Of a stretch of DNA of 64,000 nt, positions 42,421 to 54,549 are shown in pieces. Source of the DNA: Octopus sinensis (lineage: Eukaryota); NCBI RefSeq assembly GCF_006345805.1, contig NC_042998.1, positions 72,788,001 through 72,852,000 on the forward strand, read 5' to 3'. The position numbers and the translations under genes are program-made. Position 1 is the stretch's first letter. Every line of letters begins with the position of its first letter. Under the pieces are notes generated by a model. It saw only the letters and a list, made by a program, of their open reading frames with translations. It was not told the origin of the DNA and searched no databases.

Positions 42421-42477
42421 CGAGTGTGTGTAAATATCACGTGGGTATATATGAACCTACCCACGTGTCATTACAGT

Positions 42478-42519
<42 letters not shown>

Positions 42520-42711
42520 TTCAGCAAAATTTAGATTCAGACGAATATGGTACTTAAGTGAAAGGTACCAGAATTTAGTATGGTATTATCCATATAATTC
42601 AAAGTGGGGGATTATAATCAAAATAGCTTATTTTGATTATATATATATATATATTATATATATATATATACACATATATAAACACCCACACACACACACA
42701 TATACATATGT

Positions 42712-42742
<31 letters not shown>

Positions 42743-43318
42743 CTTACATATACATGCTTAATACATGTATATCTATATACTCGTGTGTGTGTATGTGCGT
42801 GCGTATAAACATCTACGAATAAAATTGAAAGAAGACCACTTATCCATAAAGAAGTCAAAATATTGTAAAGATAACATTTTTATTGAGTAAATGTTTTCTA
42901 AATATTCACACAAAAATTTAATAGCAAATACATTACAATTCTTCTAATTAGTACACTTGTCAACAATTTAACCCAACCCAGTGAGAAACCATGAAAGTAA
43001 ATATAATCCATATGAAAATAGCTTCTCAAGTTCTAAGTAACGTTTACTTCATGTCGTGGGAATGTCAGTAAATAAATTATGGTTTGTACCCAAATATTTG
43101 TATAGTTAGCATATGGTAAAATTCAATATAAATGAAAAATGTAAATAAGCTGTATTGCCAATATTTCATTCTTACATAAATGTTAAACGCTTTCAGATTT
43201 TAAAATTCTAAAATAGGTTTTCATATGGTTTGTAGCAAAGAAATTAGTCTTAAGATGTATATCAGATATGCATATATGTATGTATGTATGTATGTATGCA
43301 TGTATGTATGTATGCATG

Positions 43319-43361
<43 letters not shown>

Positions 43362-43362
<1 letters not shown>

Positions 43363-43553
43363 GTAATACTAAGCAATAAAGGGTTTAGCAACGAATTGCC
43401 TTACCACATACCGAATTTAGAAATAGCAGTCAAAGGGTTATAGCTATTTCTTCTACTAAAAGAAGAAATAGCTATAACCCTTTGACTGCTATTTCTAAAT
43501 TCGGTATGTGGTAAGGCAATTCGTTGCTAAACCCTTTATTGCTTAGTATTACT
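43362..43553. repeat. Perfect palindrome: 93-bp arms with a 6-nt spacer
   Basis: 43362-43454 is the exact reverse complement of 43461-43553, checked base by base; spacer is ACTAAA. Confidence 0.97.
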
Positions 43554-43653
43554 TAAATTTTCCTCGAATGAGGCTTTTACATGCCGAAGACTACTTGGTG
43601 GAATTGATAATTATTCCAAATTAATTAATTTCACTCTTCATTATTACGGATAT

Positions 43654-43685
<32 letters not shown>

Positions 43686-43902
43686 CATATATAATGATAA
43701 ATCTCAGAGCGAGTTATAAACAGTAGCGGTAACACATCGTGATGTATATTTGCCATTTGAATATGGCTAACCCATAAGGGTGGATGCTACTGTAGTTTGT
43801 AGCCCCAGGAAGATATCTCCTCCAGCTGGCTATAGACACACTATCTGTGCCCTCTCAGTATTTGTGAAGGGGAGTCATCCTCCCCGTCTTCAACACATGA
43901 TA

Positions 43903-43947
43903 CACACGTACCCGAGTTTCAAGGTGTTTACCTTTCATAAGCGTGTG
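43903..43947 (-). ncRNA. Hammerhead twin with core mutation (CTGATGA to CTTATGA), probably inactive
   Basis: Reverse-complement copy of 44031-44075 with a substitution at conserved G5. Confidence 0.75.
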
Positions 43948-44030
43948 TTCAATATCAGTGTCAAATCGACAGTGGAAAAAGTATATATATTTGTAAAGGG
44001 ATCTGACTTCTCATCGACAACCATGATTGT

Positions 44031-44075
44031 CACACGCTGATGAAAGGTAAACACCTTGAAACACGGGTACGTGTG
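44031..44075 (+). ncRNA. Type I hammerhead ribozyme with intact catalytic core
   Basis: CACACG-CTGATGA-AAGGT aaac ACCTT-GAAAC acgg GTA^CGTGTG: 6-bp stem I, 5-bp stem II, minimal stem III. Predicted cleavage after A44069. Confidence 0.88.
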
Positions 44076-44298
44076 TATCATGTGTTGAAGACGGGGAGGA
44101 TGACTCCCCTTCACAAATACTGAGAGGACACAGATAGTGTGTCTATAGCCAGCTGGAGGAGATATCTTCCTGGGGCTACAAACTACAGTAGCATCCACCC
44201 TTATGGGTTAGCCATATTCAAATGGCAAATATGCATCACGATTGTATCGTCTTCTAAGAGTTATACGTTCTTGTCCATGTTGTATTTTTCTACATACC

Positions 44299-44343
<45 letters not shown>

Positions 44344-44449
44344 ATATCTATCTATCTATATATATATATATATAACAAAAAGAGTGAAAAAACGACAGAA
44401 GACATGTGTTATATGTTTAAAGAATATATTTAAGTCGTTATGTTAGAAA

Positions 44450-45235
44450 AATGTTAGATAATTTTGCGTATAGTAACATAGTTTTTGAGAAATAACACGT
44501 TTCGTATTTTTTTTTTTTTTAATTTCTCAAATTTCTTTACCGACATCGTGTCATGTCTCGACTATGTTGTGAAATATGGAGTTCCAGGCAGGGGAAGGTA
44601 ATCAGGGATTTTTTCGGGTATAAGGGAGATAATCTAATATGTTGGGAATGACTAATTAAACATGATTTAGTTCAGAAAGAACAGAGTGGTTAGGTTTTGC
44701 TTTATATTTTTTCCAAAGGGGTTGAGTTTCCATATTTTAAAATGTTAGAAATGGTTACGTTTTGGCTTATATTTTTCAATGAAGGAGGTTTCCTTGTAAA
44801 ATCTAACTTGTGTTGGTGTTCCAATAGCACATTGATAGAATGGAAAGATTATAAATTGAGGTAGTAGTTGCTTGGCGCATTTCTCAATATGTTCACTAAA
44901 GGGTATCATTCTGTATTCGGGGAAAGCAATCTTATGCCGAGGCAGAGTGCATCTGCGTCTGAGCGATAATCCCTTGGACCCTATGTAGTTTTGGTGACAG
45001 CCCGAGCATCATATGACATAAATCAGGTTTTCTGAGGTACAAGTAATTTGTGTTGCACGTCTGATCCCATCCTCTATGAGTTGAACTGGGTAGTGTCTGT
45101 CAATTAGAATGTTTTTGAGTTCTTGCAGTCTAATGTTTCTGGCATTTTGCTCTGACACTATTGTGCATATCCTTCTTGCAAGGTTGAAGGGGTTATTTGT
45201 TTTATCATATCTTAGGTGGCGTCTGTGGTTTTGTA
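44450..45235 (-). mobile_element. Penelope-like element fragment (RT thumb + GIY-YIG)
   Basis: PFNLARRICTIVSE...LQELKNILIDRHYP, NLIYVI.CSGCHQNYIG (GIY-YIG), IPFSEHIEKCA...FPFYQC. Confidence 0.85.
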
Positions 45236-45399
45236 AAATATATCGGTTTCTATTTTTAGGTTTATTTTTTTAATTAGTATATCTAAGAATAGAAGCTCCT
45301 TTTGTTTGTACTCCATTGTGAACTTTAACACTGCACGATGGAAGGAAGTAATAGAACGTGAAAATGATGAAGATATAACGATTTAGGATGCAGATAAAG

Positions 45400-46200
45400 G
45401 ATGCAGATAAAGGATGCAGATAAAGACTTCCTTAGTCTTTTCTTCGTCTGTTTTGTTTCTTCTGGTCTCCACTATATTGCTATTTCAGTATGCTTCTCCT
45501 GTGGTAATCAGGCCAGTAAACCATATCTGTCTGCAAACATTCCATGCTAGCCCTTCACATCACCTGTTTGTTCCTTTCTCTATAATGCTCAAGAGTAAAC
45601 GAAGGTGTCGTTGATGGAACATGTCCAGCAACTGACAGATCTTCGCAGCTTTCTTCCCGGATTTATAAGCATAGGTAGGTACCGAGAAATTAACAGATGA
45701 GTATAATTGCATACAACTTTATTTTCTTACTGTTGGTCTTCGATCTCCATATCGGACAAAGGCGTTGGAATACTGACATTACACTTTCTATACTGGTTTT
45801 CACTTCAACTTCTACTTTATTCTCGTTGGAAACAAAGCTTTAATCTTGTCGACGTACTCGAATTTGTGTTCTCCGTGATCAACAAGTTGTGCTTGGACAT
45901 CACCAATTCACATGCATTTTAAGTGCTAATCCATAGCCCTGATTACCGCCTCGAACTGTATAGGTTACATGTTAGATCCTCAAGTGTGTTTCTATTGGAG
46001 CTGCGTAACGCCAAATCCAGATTGAAATCCATCTGTTTGTCTGTTCCCTATCCAAAACTGATGTTATCTATTGCTTTCTACATGAAAAAGCCAATACAAT
46101 ATGAGGTACAAAAGCGGCCACAAGACGCAACCCTCTCTCATTCCAGTAACGATTTCGAAAATAGCGACTGTTCCACAGCTTGTTTTCATGCAACACCATG
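45400..46200 (-). mobile_element. Decayed RTE-like LINE 3' fragment
   Basis: Minus-strand RT C-terminal remnants, ending near a 13-bp tandem (ggatgcagataaa)x3 at ~45388-45424. Confidence 0.5.
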
Positions 46201-47071
46201 AATTCCTCTACAGAAACTTTAAGATGTTGATACATTACATAATGCTATAATGGGAAGAGAGATTTAAATTTCCGGAATTTATTTTCTTCTCACATATAGT
46301 TAAACTTGTGTATCACATTTTCTGAAACAGAGTTTATCTTGAAACGTCATATTCATCCTCTTCACACTTTCAAATTCATCGAAACTCAAGAACTTCAATA
46401 TATACTCGCCAATAGCGGCCAACGTTATGTCATAGCAACTCTGTTGTTTAATTTAAATAGCATATCGTTTCAATTTACTACATGAAATTTGTGTTTATTC
46501 AGGTATTCCATTAAAAACTTACCTTCATTTCCTAGAAAAGCGCAAATACATATTACTGTTTGTCACATCAAACTCTATATTTCTACAATTATCCACATTT
46601 TCTTCGAAATCTCCTATATACTCGCTTAACATTTTGTTCAGTGTTCCTTCCTATATTTCATTTACAAGAATTTACTAGATGCATTGTGCTCAAATGTTCA
46701 CTTTCTGCTTACTTTTAATGATCAACTTCCATGATACTGCATTAGTTAATCATCGTCTATGTATTACTTCGAATTTAGCCTCTATACGAATAGTATCCGT
46801 AGAGGCATGACGAAGCTGGATAAATTCCATAATGTATTAGCAAAGCTAGGCCAACAAATCCCACCTACGAAGTAATAGCGTTTAAGTACTCTGAGTTCTA
46901 TTGAATCAAATATAGTCAAGTCGATTTAATTATGTTAAAATAGCCTTCACAAATATGTGATGATGGAAAAATTAATGAAATTAACATTTACTTCAATTTA
47001 AAATATCAAGAGGTAGCATTTTATAAATAACCTCAGACACACATCCAAATCATACACGCGCACACACACAC

Positions 47072-47115
<44 letters not shown>

Positions 47116-47299
47116 TTTTATATGGATATTTGTATGTATATGTATACCTATGTGTATAAATATTTGTATAGGTATTTATACATATGCTTATATTTACATA
47201 TACATACACTATGTATACATATGTATAGCTAGAGAGAGAGAGAGAGAGAGAGAGAAGTAGAGAGAGAGAGAGAGAGGGGGAGAAAGTGATTATACATAC

Positions 47300-48360
47300 T
47301 TTCCAGGGTGGGCTGAAAAGTTCATAGGCTGATTATTAAAGATTGATGCTAGAGCTGTGAAATCTTGCACACTCTAACGTTCACCCTTCTTATCAATAAC
47401 TGCATTGTTTCTGTCCAGGTTGAAAGAGTATTTCAGATGTAGCTACTAGGGATTCCTCTTGAAAATGGACAAAATTTAACAATTTGGTATAAACAAGTAC
47501 TTGCAGAAATAAAAACTTACCCCCACCGACATGGCTGCTACATTGGAAGATACTGCTCCAGCCTTATCAACAGCGCAAAAGTGGACAGATGAATTTAAGA
47601 TGGGAAGGGAGCGTCTCGAATTTGAACCAAAATCTGCATTTCTGAAACTGCCACCACTGACCCAAACATTGATCTTGTTCCCCATATGCTGATGAGTGAC
47701 AGGCGACCGACTATAAATTAATTAGCCACTGTTATTAGCATATCTTGTGAGCGAGTAAAGTTGGCATGACGAAGGTTTCGTCTGCTCAGTGAGTGCCACA
47801 CCTTCTGACATCTGATCAAAAGCGCATCAGGAAAGTCTGACATTGTTTGAGGCATATGCATCTGGTTTCCTTGAAAGTTTCGCAGCGTAGCCCATGTTAA
47901 GTGCTGATTTCATCACTTTGAGCCAGACACAAAGGAGAAATCCATGTAGTGGAAACACCCCACTTCACCTGCTAAAGTCGTTTCTTCTACAGGGAAGGTC
48001 ATGGTCTAAGATGTTTTTATTGCAAAAAGCATTGTGTTTATTAACTATCTTCAGAATAGCCACAAAACTATGCCAACTTGCTGAGGCAATTACGAAATGA
48101 TATGAAGACCAAATGCACAGTAAAACTCACGAAATGTGTCTTGTTTCATTAGAACACTCTGTCACTCAGCCCATGTTATCAATAATAGCGGTGCGTTATG
48201 GAGGATTGGCAATGTTTAATCACCCAACTTATTCTCCTGAATTGGCCCTCTCTGTCTCATCTGTTGCCCAACGTGAAAAAGCACCTGGATGAAAACCAGT
48301 ATTACAAAGATGTTTTGGTCAACTGATTGAAACCTTCGTAGCTCTTAGGTTAGATACACT
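47300..48360 (+). mobile_element. Decayed mariner transposon (5' TIR present, 3' TIR not found)
   Basis: TIR-like GGGTGGGCTGAAAAGTTCATAGGCTGA; remnants *VPHLLT (WVPHEL motif), HHFEPDTK..SM*WKH and YSPELA (YSPDL motif). Confidence 0.85.
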
Positions 48361-49980
48361 AAAGTAACGCAACAGGTTTGTCACTATAAAAGTGAAGCAA
48401 GAGAATTGCATTTGCAAACATAAACGTAGGTTAATATACCCTGTCAAATATGAGATAGATCTTATTAGTGAGAAAATACTTAGAAACATTAGCGTTAATG
48501 TAGAAACGTCTTCTTCATCATCCAGTGGAATAATAATCACGAAGTTATCATTCGAGTCCAGGATATACGAGGTAGTGTCAATATCATATATTTCTACTTA
48601 TTGCCATTGAAACATTTATTTAGTAAAGCACTCGAAGTTGAAAAGCAACACATTGCTATTACACAGAAGGTACTATAATCCACATTCCCTTCGAGAAAGA
48701 CACTAACTTTTAAAAAAGAGGACACCTGAGGGGATAGGTCATGCTTAGACGGTACTTATACTGGAAATTTGGCCTCGTTCAAGTCCTCGATTCCTTACAT
48801 TCGCATTGAAATATTTATCTCAAATCTTATAAAAGCTCCCAAAATACTTTTCCACTTGATTTAAACTTCCACATCAATTCCAACTATGGAAGAGGCGGAT
48901 ATTTGAAGCCTCTATAAAAGAGGAAAAATAGTATATAACGGCGTTCAGGTAACTAACAGAAAATAGTCAATTTTCTGGAAACAAATTGATATCTTATTGA
49001 TATTTTAAACATTTTGGTATATTAAACTATAATTCCTTCCCTGAAGCTTCTCAAAAGACTGGCGGAAAAGTAGCTTCAGACAGTGCAACACGATGGTCTC
49101 TACTATAAATGTAATGCCGCTTTTGTTGTAACTTGATAAAAAATAAAGAAGAACATTGCAAGACGTTTCACTCAATACTATATATATGTGTGTGTGTGTA
49201 TGTAAACTGACACATATATTCGTTTATACAAAATACGTGAGCATGTATATATGTATGTGTGAGTGCATTTGTCTGTGTGTGTATGCGTGTATGTGCGTGT
49301 GTGTAAATATATACGTTTGCCAGTTTGTCAGAGGCTAAATCGACGCCTCATTAATAGCCTAGGAGTGTTCTTAATAAACTTCCTTAGCCTCTTGGGTGTG
49401 TTAATTTGTCATCTATGAAAACAAACTAAGAATTTATACAAGGATGGATAAAACCAATATAGGATATTGGATATTTAGCTATGAAGCGCAGACATAAATA
49501 GTCTAGATAGCGAATGGGTGCGATGCAATTCCACCTTAGGAATGAGATGTAAAATCTGTAGAATATTCCTTATCACTTTGACTCAGATAATATTCACGCA
49601 AAGTGAATGTAGACTTCTCGACAATTTCCTTTCCTATAATCCATTTCCTTATAGCTTTTTCTTGAAACAATAAATAGGAAAATGCCATTTGTAACACAAT
49701 TGCTATTGTAATGGTTGTTAGATTATCAGAAAAAAAGCTTTCAATGCTGTAGTTTCTTCGCTTAAGTATATCGTATTTGTAGCACAGACGAACACAATGG
49801 CGTTTCTACGGTCATTCATTAGGATGCATTCTCTTTTTAGGGGTGATCATAAAGATCTAATGTTGTTGTCTAAGAGTAGATTGTAAAATGACAGAATTTG
49901 GACATCATCTCCATCATATGTAGGAACATATACGCATCATTACCTATGGCGTATACATATATACATATATATGTAGGGAT

Positions 49981-50014
<34 letters not shown>

Positions 50015-50839
50015 TATCATCATCATCAATACATACATATATATGTATACACACATATAAACATGCATGTATGTGTGACTATAAACGTATACATGTATAT
50101 GTGTCTCTATGTTTGTGTGTGTATGTCTGTATTCTGGGCGTATGTGTATGTGCGCATGTGTGTATGGGCCTGCGTGTTTTGTAGCTATACTTGGCTGATA
50201 AGTTATTTTATCAGAATCTATATATCGAATCTGAAACAATTAGCCACTGAGTTTCACACGAAGTTTATTGCCTAAAGTTTAATGTCTATCATTATGTGGC
50301 AGCTATTTGTCGCGCTTTCCAGATAGAGCACCGAAATAACTTGACGCCCAAAACAAAACAGTATCCTTAGGAAATGAAAAATGAATGTAGCATCTTTTGT
50401 GAGTTGTGTAACTGATAAAACACATATATACACACAAATGCACACACAAACAAATACTTACGTGAGTATGTGTGTGTGTTTGTATGAGTGTGTGTGCGTG
50501 TGAGCGGGTGCGTTGGAGTAAATATCTCGAATTTTCTAATGTGACACCTCAGAATGTACTGATCACTGTAAATTCTCCGTAAAAACAGTCTTTTGAGGAG
50601 TTGTGTTTCAGGTATTCGAACAAGGTGCTTGGCAGATCAGCTTAGGATGATCAGCACGAGAGAAGGCCTCCATGACTAGGACATTGGTTTGGCTTATGAT
50701 TTTTATCCAAGTCCCACACTATTTTGCGTAACCGCCCGAATGCTGAGCTACCTTTGCCGATAGCTTGTTCATAGATCTGGAGTATGTTCTGCTGAGGCGG
50801 ATGAACTTATCAACATCCTTAAGGTTCAGTTCTATATTT

Positions 50840-51026
50840 AAGAGATGCACGTTATTTACTTTCGTCGGATATTTCTCCTTATCTCTTTTGTTGCTAACAC
50901 AACGTTTCGGCAGATATACCCTGCAGCCTTCATCAGGTTTCTTGGGGAAATTTTGAACCTGGGTTCTCATTCCTAAAGTAATTTTTGATATCATCATCAT
51001 TATCATCGCTATTATTATTATTATCA

Positions 51027-51068
<42 letters not shown>

Positions 51069-51090
51069 TATTATTATTATTATTATTATT

Positions 51091-51175
<85 letters not shown>

Positions 51176-51230
51176 GTATCGAACTCAGAATCTTGGGCTT
51201 AGTAGCCAGCGCTCTTAACCACTACGCCAT
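50840..51230 (-). mobile_element. Composite SINE: tRNA-like head, (AAT)n, and a body with a hammerhead-like core
   Basis: Head GGCGTAGTGGTTAAGAGCGC...GAGTTCGATAC (51228-51176); CTGATGA-AGGCTGCAGGGTATATCTGCC-GAAAC GTT at 50936-50901. Confidence 0.65.
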
Positions 51231-51299
51231 ATGCGAAGTCCTCTTCTTCCTTGATCTTCGCTTCTAGCTTTCGCAGATTGACGAGTCTGAAATCAATTC

Positions 51300-52730
51300 T
51301 GAATCAGATTTTGATGTTTATTTTCCAGTGTTGCAGAAGGCATTTGACGTTATGACTGAGAACTTCATAGTCAAGAGGATAGGTACGAGCACACAACCCT
51401 ATTTGAATCCGTTCGTGACTGGAAATGCATCGGAAAAAATATCCAGTCTTCAGTTTTCGAGCGAACATGCCGCCGTGAATCTCTCGCATCATGCAAATGA
51501 ATTTATTCGAGTAGCCGAACTTTACTATGATCTTCCAAACACAGTCACGACTGATAGTATTCAGGGCATTGGTTAGGTCTACAAAGGCTGTGTATCAGTT
51601 CTTGTTCTGTTCATGGCACTTGTCCTGAGGTTGGTGTGCGATAAAGATTCTGTCCACTATCCATTGACTTTCTCTAAGGTCACAGTAACATTTCGGCTGA
51701 TGCCTGTTTTCCATGTGCTGAGTTTGGAGATAAATTCGTCGATGCTTGCCACCAGATTGCTTGTTTCACTTCCTCTTGTAGAGATTGACAATGGTGGCGT
51801 ACTTGAGATCTTGTGGAACAACTTCCTGTTGTCATATGGCTTGAAAAACAATGGCATGCTCCTTTTCCACGACTGGTTCCCCACTACATTGTATATTTTT
51901 GCTGGGATAGCGCCAGAGTTTGGCGCCTTGCAATTTGGGAGAAGTTTGTTTTTTTTTGTTTCTGGGCCTATGCTCGTGTTAGAGGCTCTACCAGAGACGT
52001 TTTGAGGTAAACTTGGGGCATGCGTGCAATGGCCACAGCATGAACAGACTGACGCCTGTTGAGGGCATTGTTGCAGTGCTCTTCCCACCTTTCCAAGACA
52101 GCATTTTTGCCAGTGAGCAGTGGTAATGTTGCGGAGGACTTCAGTCCATAAATGGTTTTCTCGGTATCGTAAAAGTAATTGGAGTTGTTGCTCTCAGCTT
52201 CTGTATCTCATTCGTCTTGTTACTGACCCACGAATGATTCGTCACCCCGATCCTTACCCGTACTTTGCTTTTCGTGGGGCCATAAGCTGTTTTCTTGGGA
52301 GCCGATTTGCTATCTTACTGAAAGTCTCTCTTTTAGCTTCATGCTTCTCAAGCAATTTCTGATATATCTCATATTTGTCGTCGAACGACTGTTGGTGCCT
52401 ACTTATGTTCCGGCCCAGATCAGTGAGTGCAGTGTCATACACTACGTCTCTGAACACTACCCAATCTTCTTCTGCATTCTTCGTACCTGGGAAAAGTAAG
52501 CATAAGATCTCCCTATCTGGCACAGCTGCACCTCCTCCGAACAAAAATAAAGATATGCTGAGACACAAAGAAAGTGCGAACTATGCAAGCCCAGAGCTTC
52601 TCTCCCAACAAACCACCAGTACCCGGCCTGTGGCAGAGCCATCCCAACACTCGCACTGGTTGGCCACAGCTGGACGCACTGTACCCCGTCTTCTCACATG
52701 TGATATACCTGATCATCGTAGACAACGACG
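51300..52730 (-). mobile_element. Decayed RTE-clade LINE ORF2
   Basis: EEDWVVFRDVVYDTALTDLGRNISRHQQSFDD is a typical RTE linker, followed by KAPNSGAIPAKIY (RT start). Confidence 0.8.
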
Positions 52731-53420
52731 GACGAACTAATATAAGCAATTTAGAATTCCCAGTAGATGCATACTAATAAATTTAATCTAGCTTACAAAT
52801 CAAGATCTATATCTTCACCTTAGCTAAACTGTATATTATTTTAGAATACAAATATCAATTAAAATGTCTAACGTTCAATTCATGTAACAATGAAACTGTA
52901 TCCTCCAAGGTGGTGGAGATAATTAAATATCGAAACATAGATTATGCGCTCTCTGTAGAGTCAGACAGAAGAATGGTTGCACTTTTAAATGAATCTAGTT
53001 TTATATTTAGTGAATGAAACTATCATCTAATATAACCAACATAGTAATTCACCTATAATGAATTTTGCATTCGGAAACTGCTTAGAACAAATACGAACAG
53101 AATCATGACATTCAAAATTGTTGTAAGGAAATGAATATTTTGAAAAAATAGCTGAATACAGTAAGCTTGGCTGATGATCCTTAAGAGCTAATGCACAAAA
53201 TGTAGAGTCAATTCATTACCGAGATATTTGTTCTTGCATTGTGGTTTATACAAAGGTAAGACCTATTTTTATTATATACGTTACATTTGCCATTTGTGGC
53301 TTTGGAATGTTGACTTCTATTTCTAGCATGCTGGATTTCAGCATCAAAATTTATTTGTATATTTTGACTATTTAAGTTAAACGTGCTGGCTACAATAATA
53401 TTATTGTTATTTTTAATACT

Positions 53421-53466
<46 letters not shown>

Positions 53467-54549
53467 TCAAACTTGTGTGTCTGTGTGTGTATCTGTGTGT
53501 GTGTGTGTTTAAATTCCCGGCACATCTCCTCCTAGCCAACATATCGTCGAACCACCAAAAATGGGTCACTTAAAGTTTAGGCGAATGAAAATTGAACTGC
53601 GCTATTTCTGTTCCGAAATTCATCTCGCAAGTGCAAAAATCGATAATGTGTTTGTTTAGGCCTTATCCCATGCATTGAATAGTGAACTTTATGCTTAAAT
53701 TGCATGAAAAATAAAAAAATCAAGATATAAAAACGAATTGCCGTAAACATTGTAGAAATTCGGCAAAGAAATGAATTTTCGGGGTGTAGCCTGGAGGGTT
53801 TTTTCGTATTAATCGTTTGGACCTTGTGAACACATACCAATCGTTTTCATAACATTTTTAACGCTTTGAATTAAATGTGACCATTTTGCGTTGAATCACT
53901 TTAATCAAATTTTAGCAGGCCGGATTTTTGATCATCACTATACATCGCCAGTGACTCCCTGAAATCCCCGTTGAGAAATACTGATCAAAAAGAATAATTC
54001 AACAATGAAATTATTTGATCAACAAAAATTTATGAAACGCTTCTACGTACTTCCTATTGAGGAAATGGAACACATAAGCGCAAAAATAGAGGGCATTAAA
54101 TGCTTGATTTTAAAACCAAAATAATTTAATTTTGATTGAACTTCATCCAAGTTTATCTTAATTCGCGCGTGCATAGAACGCACAAGCGCACGAGCCGGGC
54201 AATACTGCTAGTATATAGTAAATCCAAAAGAGAACAAACACAAAAAAAACAACAACGTGAGGACGTGGTACATGTAATGAATAAGCAGCCGCTCAGGAAA
54301 GGAAAGGCATATGGTTTAACGTTTCGAAAACAGAGGAAAGTCCAATAGAAGTGAAAACGGAGGAAGAAAATCGCCACAAATATCCCTGTATATAAATATG
54401 TGTGACGCGTTGTGTCTTTATCATTTAGATTAATTTATCCTGCGGACAGTTGGTTTTAATAGTAAAGCACTTTGTCGGAGTCTTAAGTGATGTGGATGAC
54501 AGATACATAATTGTTTGTTGTTTCGCTTTGTAAAGGTAATTTACCCACA

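Larger units (their letters stand above)
43736..44242. repeat. Inverted repeat with ~212-bp arms (43736-43947 and 44031-44242), each carrying a hammerhead motif
   Basis: Arms are near-identical reverse complements, with (TA)n arrays close by on both sides. Confidence 0.95.

Noticed and set aside
44117-44150. Second ribozyme-like CTGAGAG-GACAC/GTGTC stem in the inverted-repeat arm
   Set aside because: It is not followed by GAAA and does not fit a ribozyme core I can name.
45388-45424. 13-bp unit repeated three times as a CRISPR-like or functional array
   Set aside because: No spacers, eukaryotic context; a simple slippage duplication at a LINE end.
51176-51228. tRNA gene
   Set aside because: It has A/B boxes but no complete acceptor stem; it is a SINE head. 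The same applies to the other tRNA-like heads.
53510-54160. Possible non-autonomous DNA transposon (MITE-like) segment
   Set aside because: No terminal inverted repeats or target-site duplication could be located by eye.
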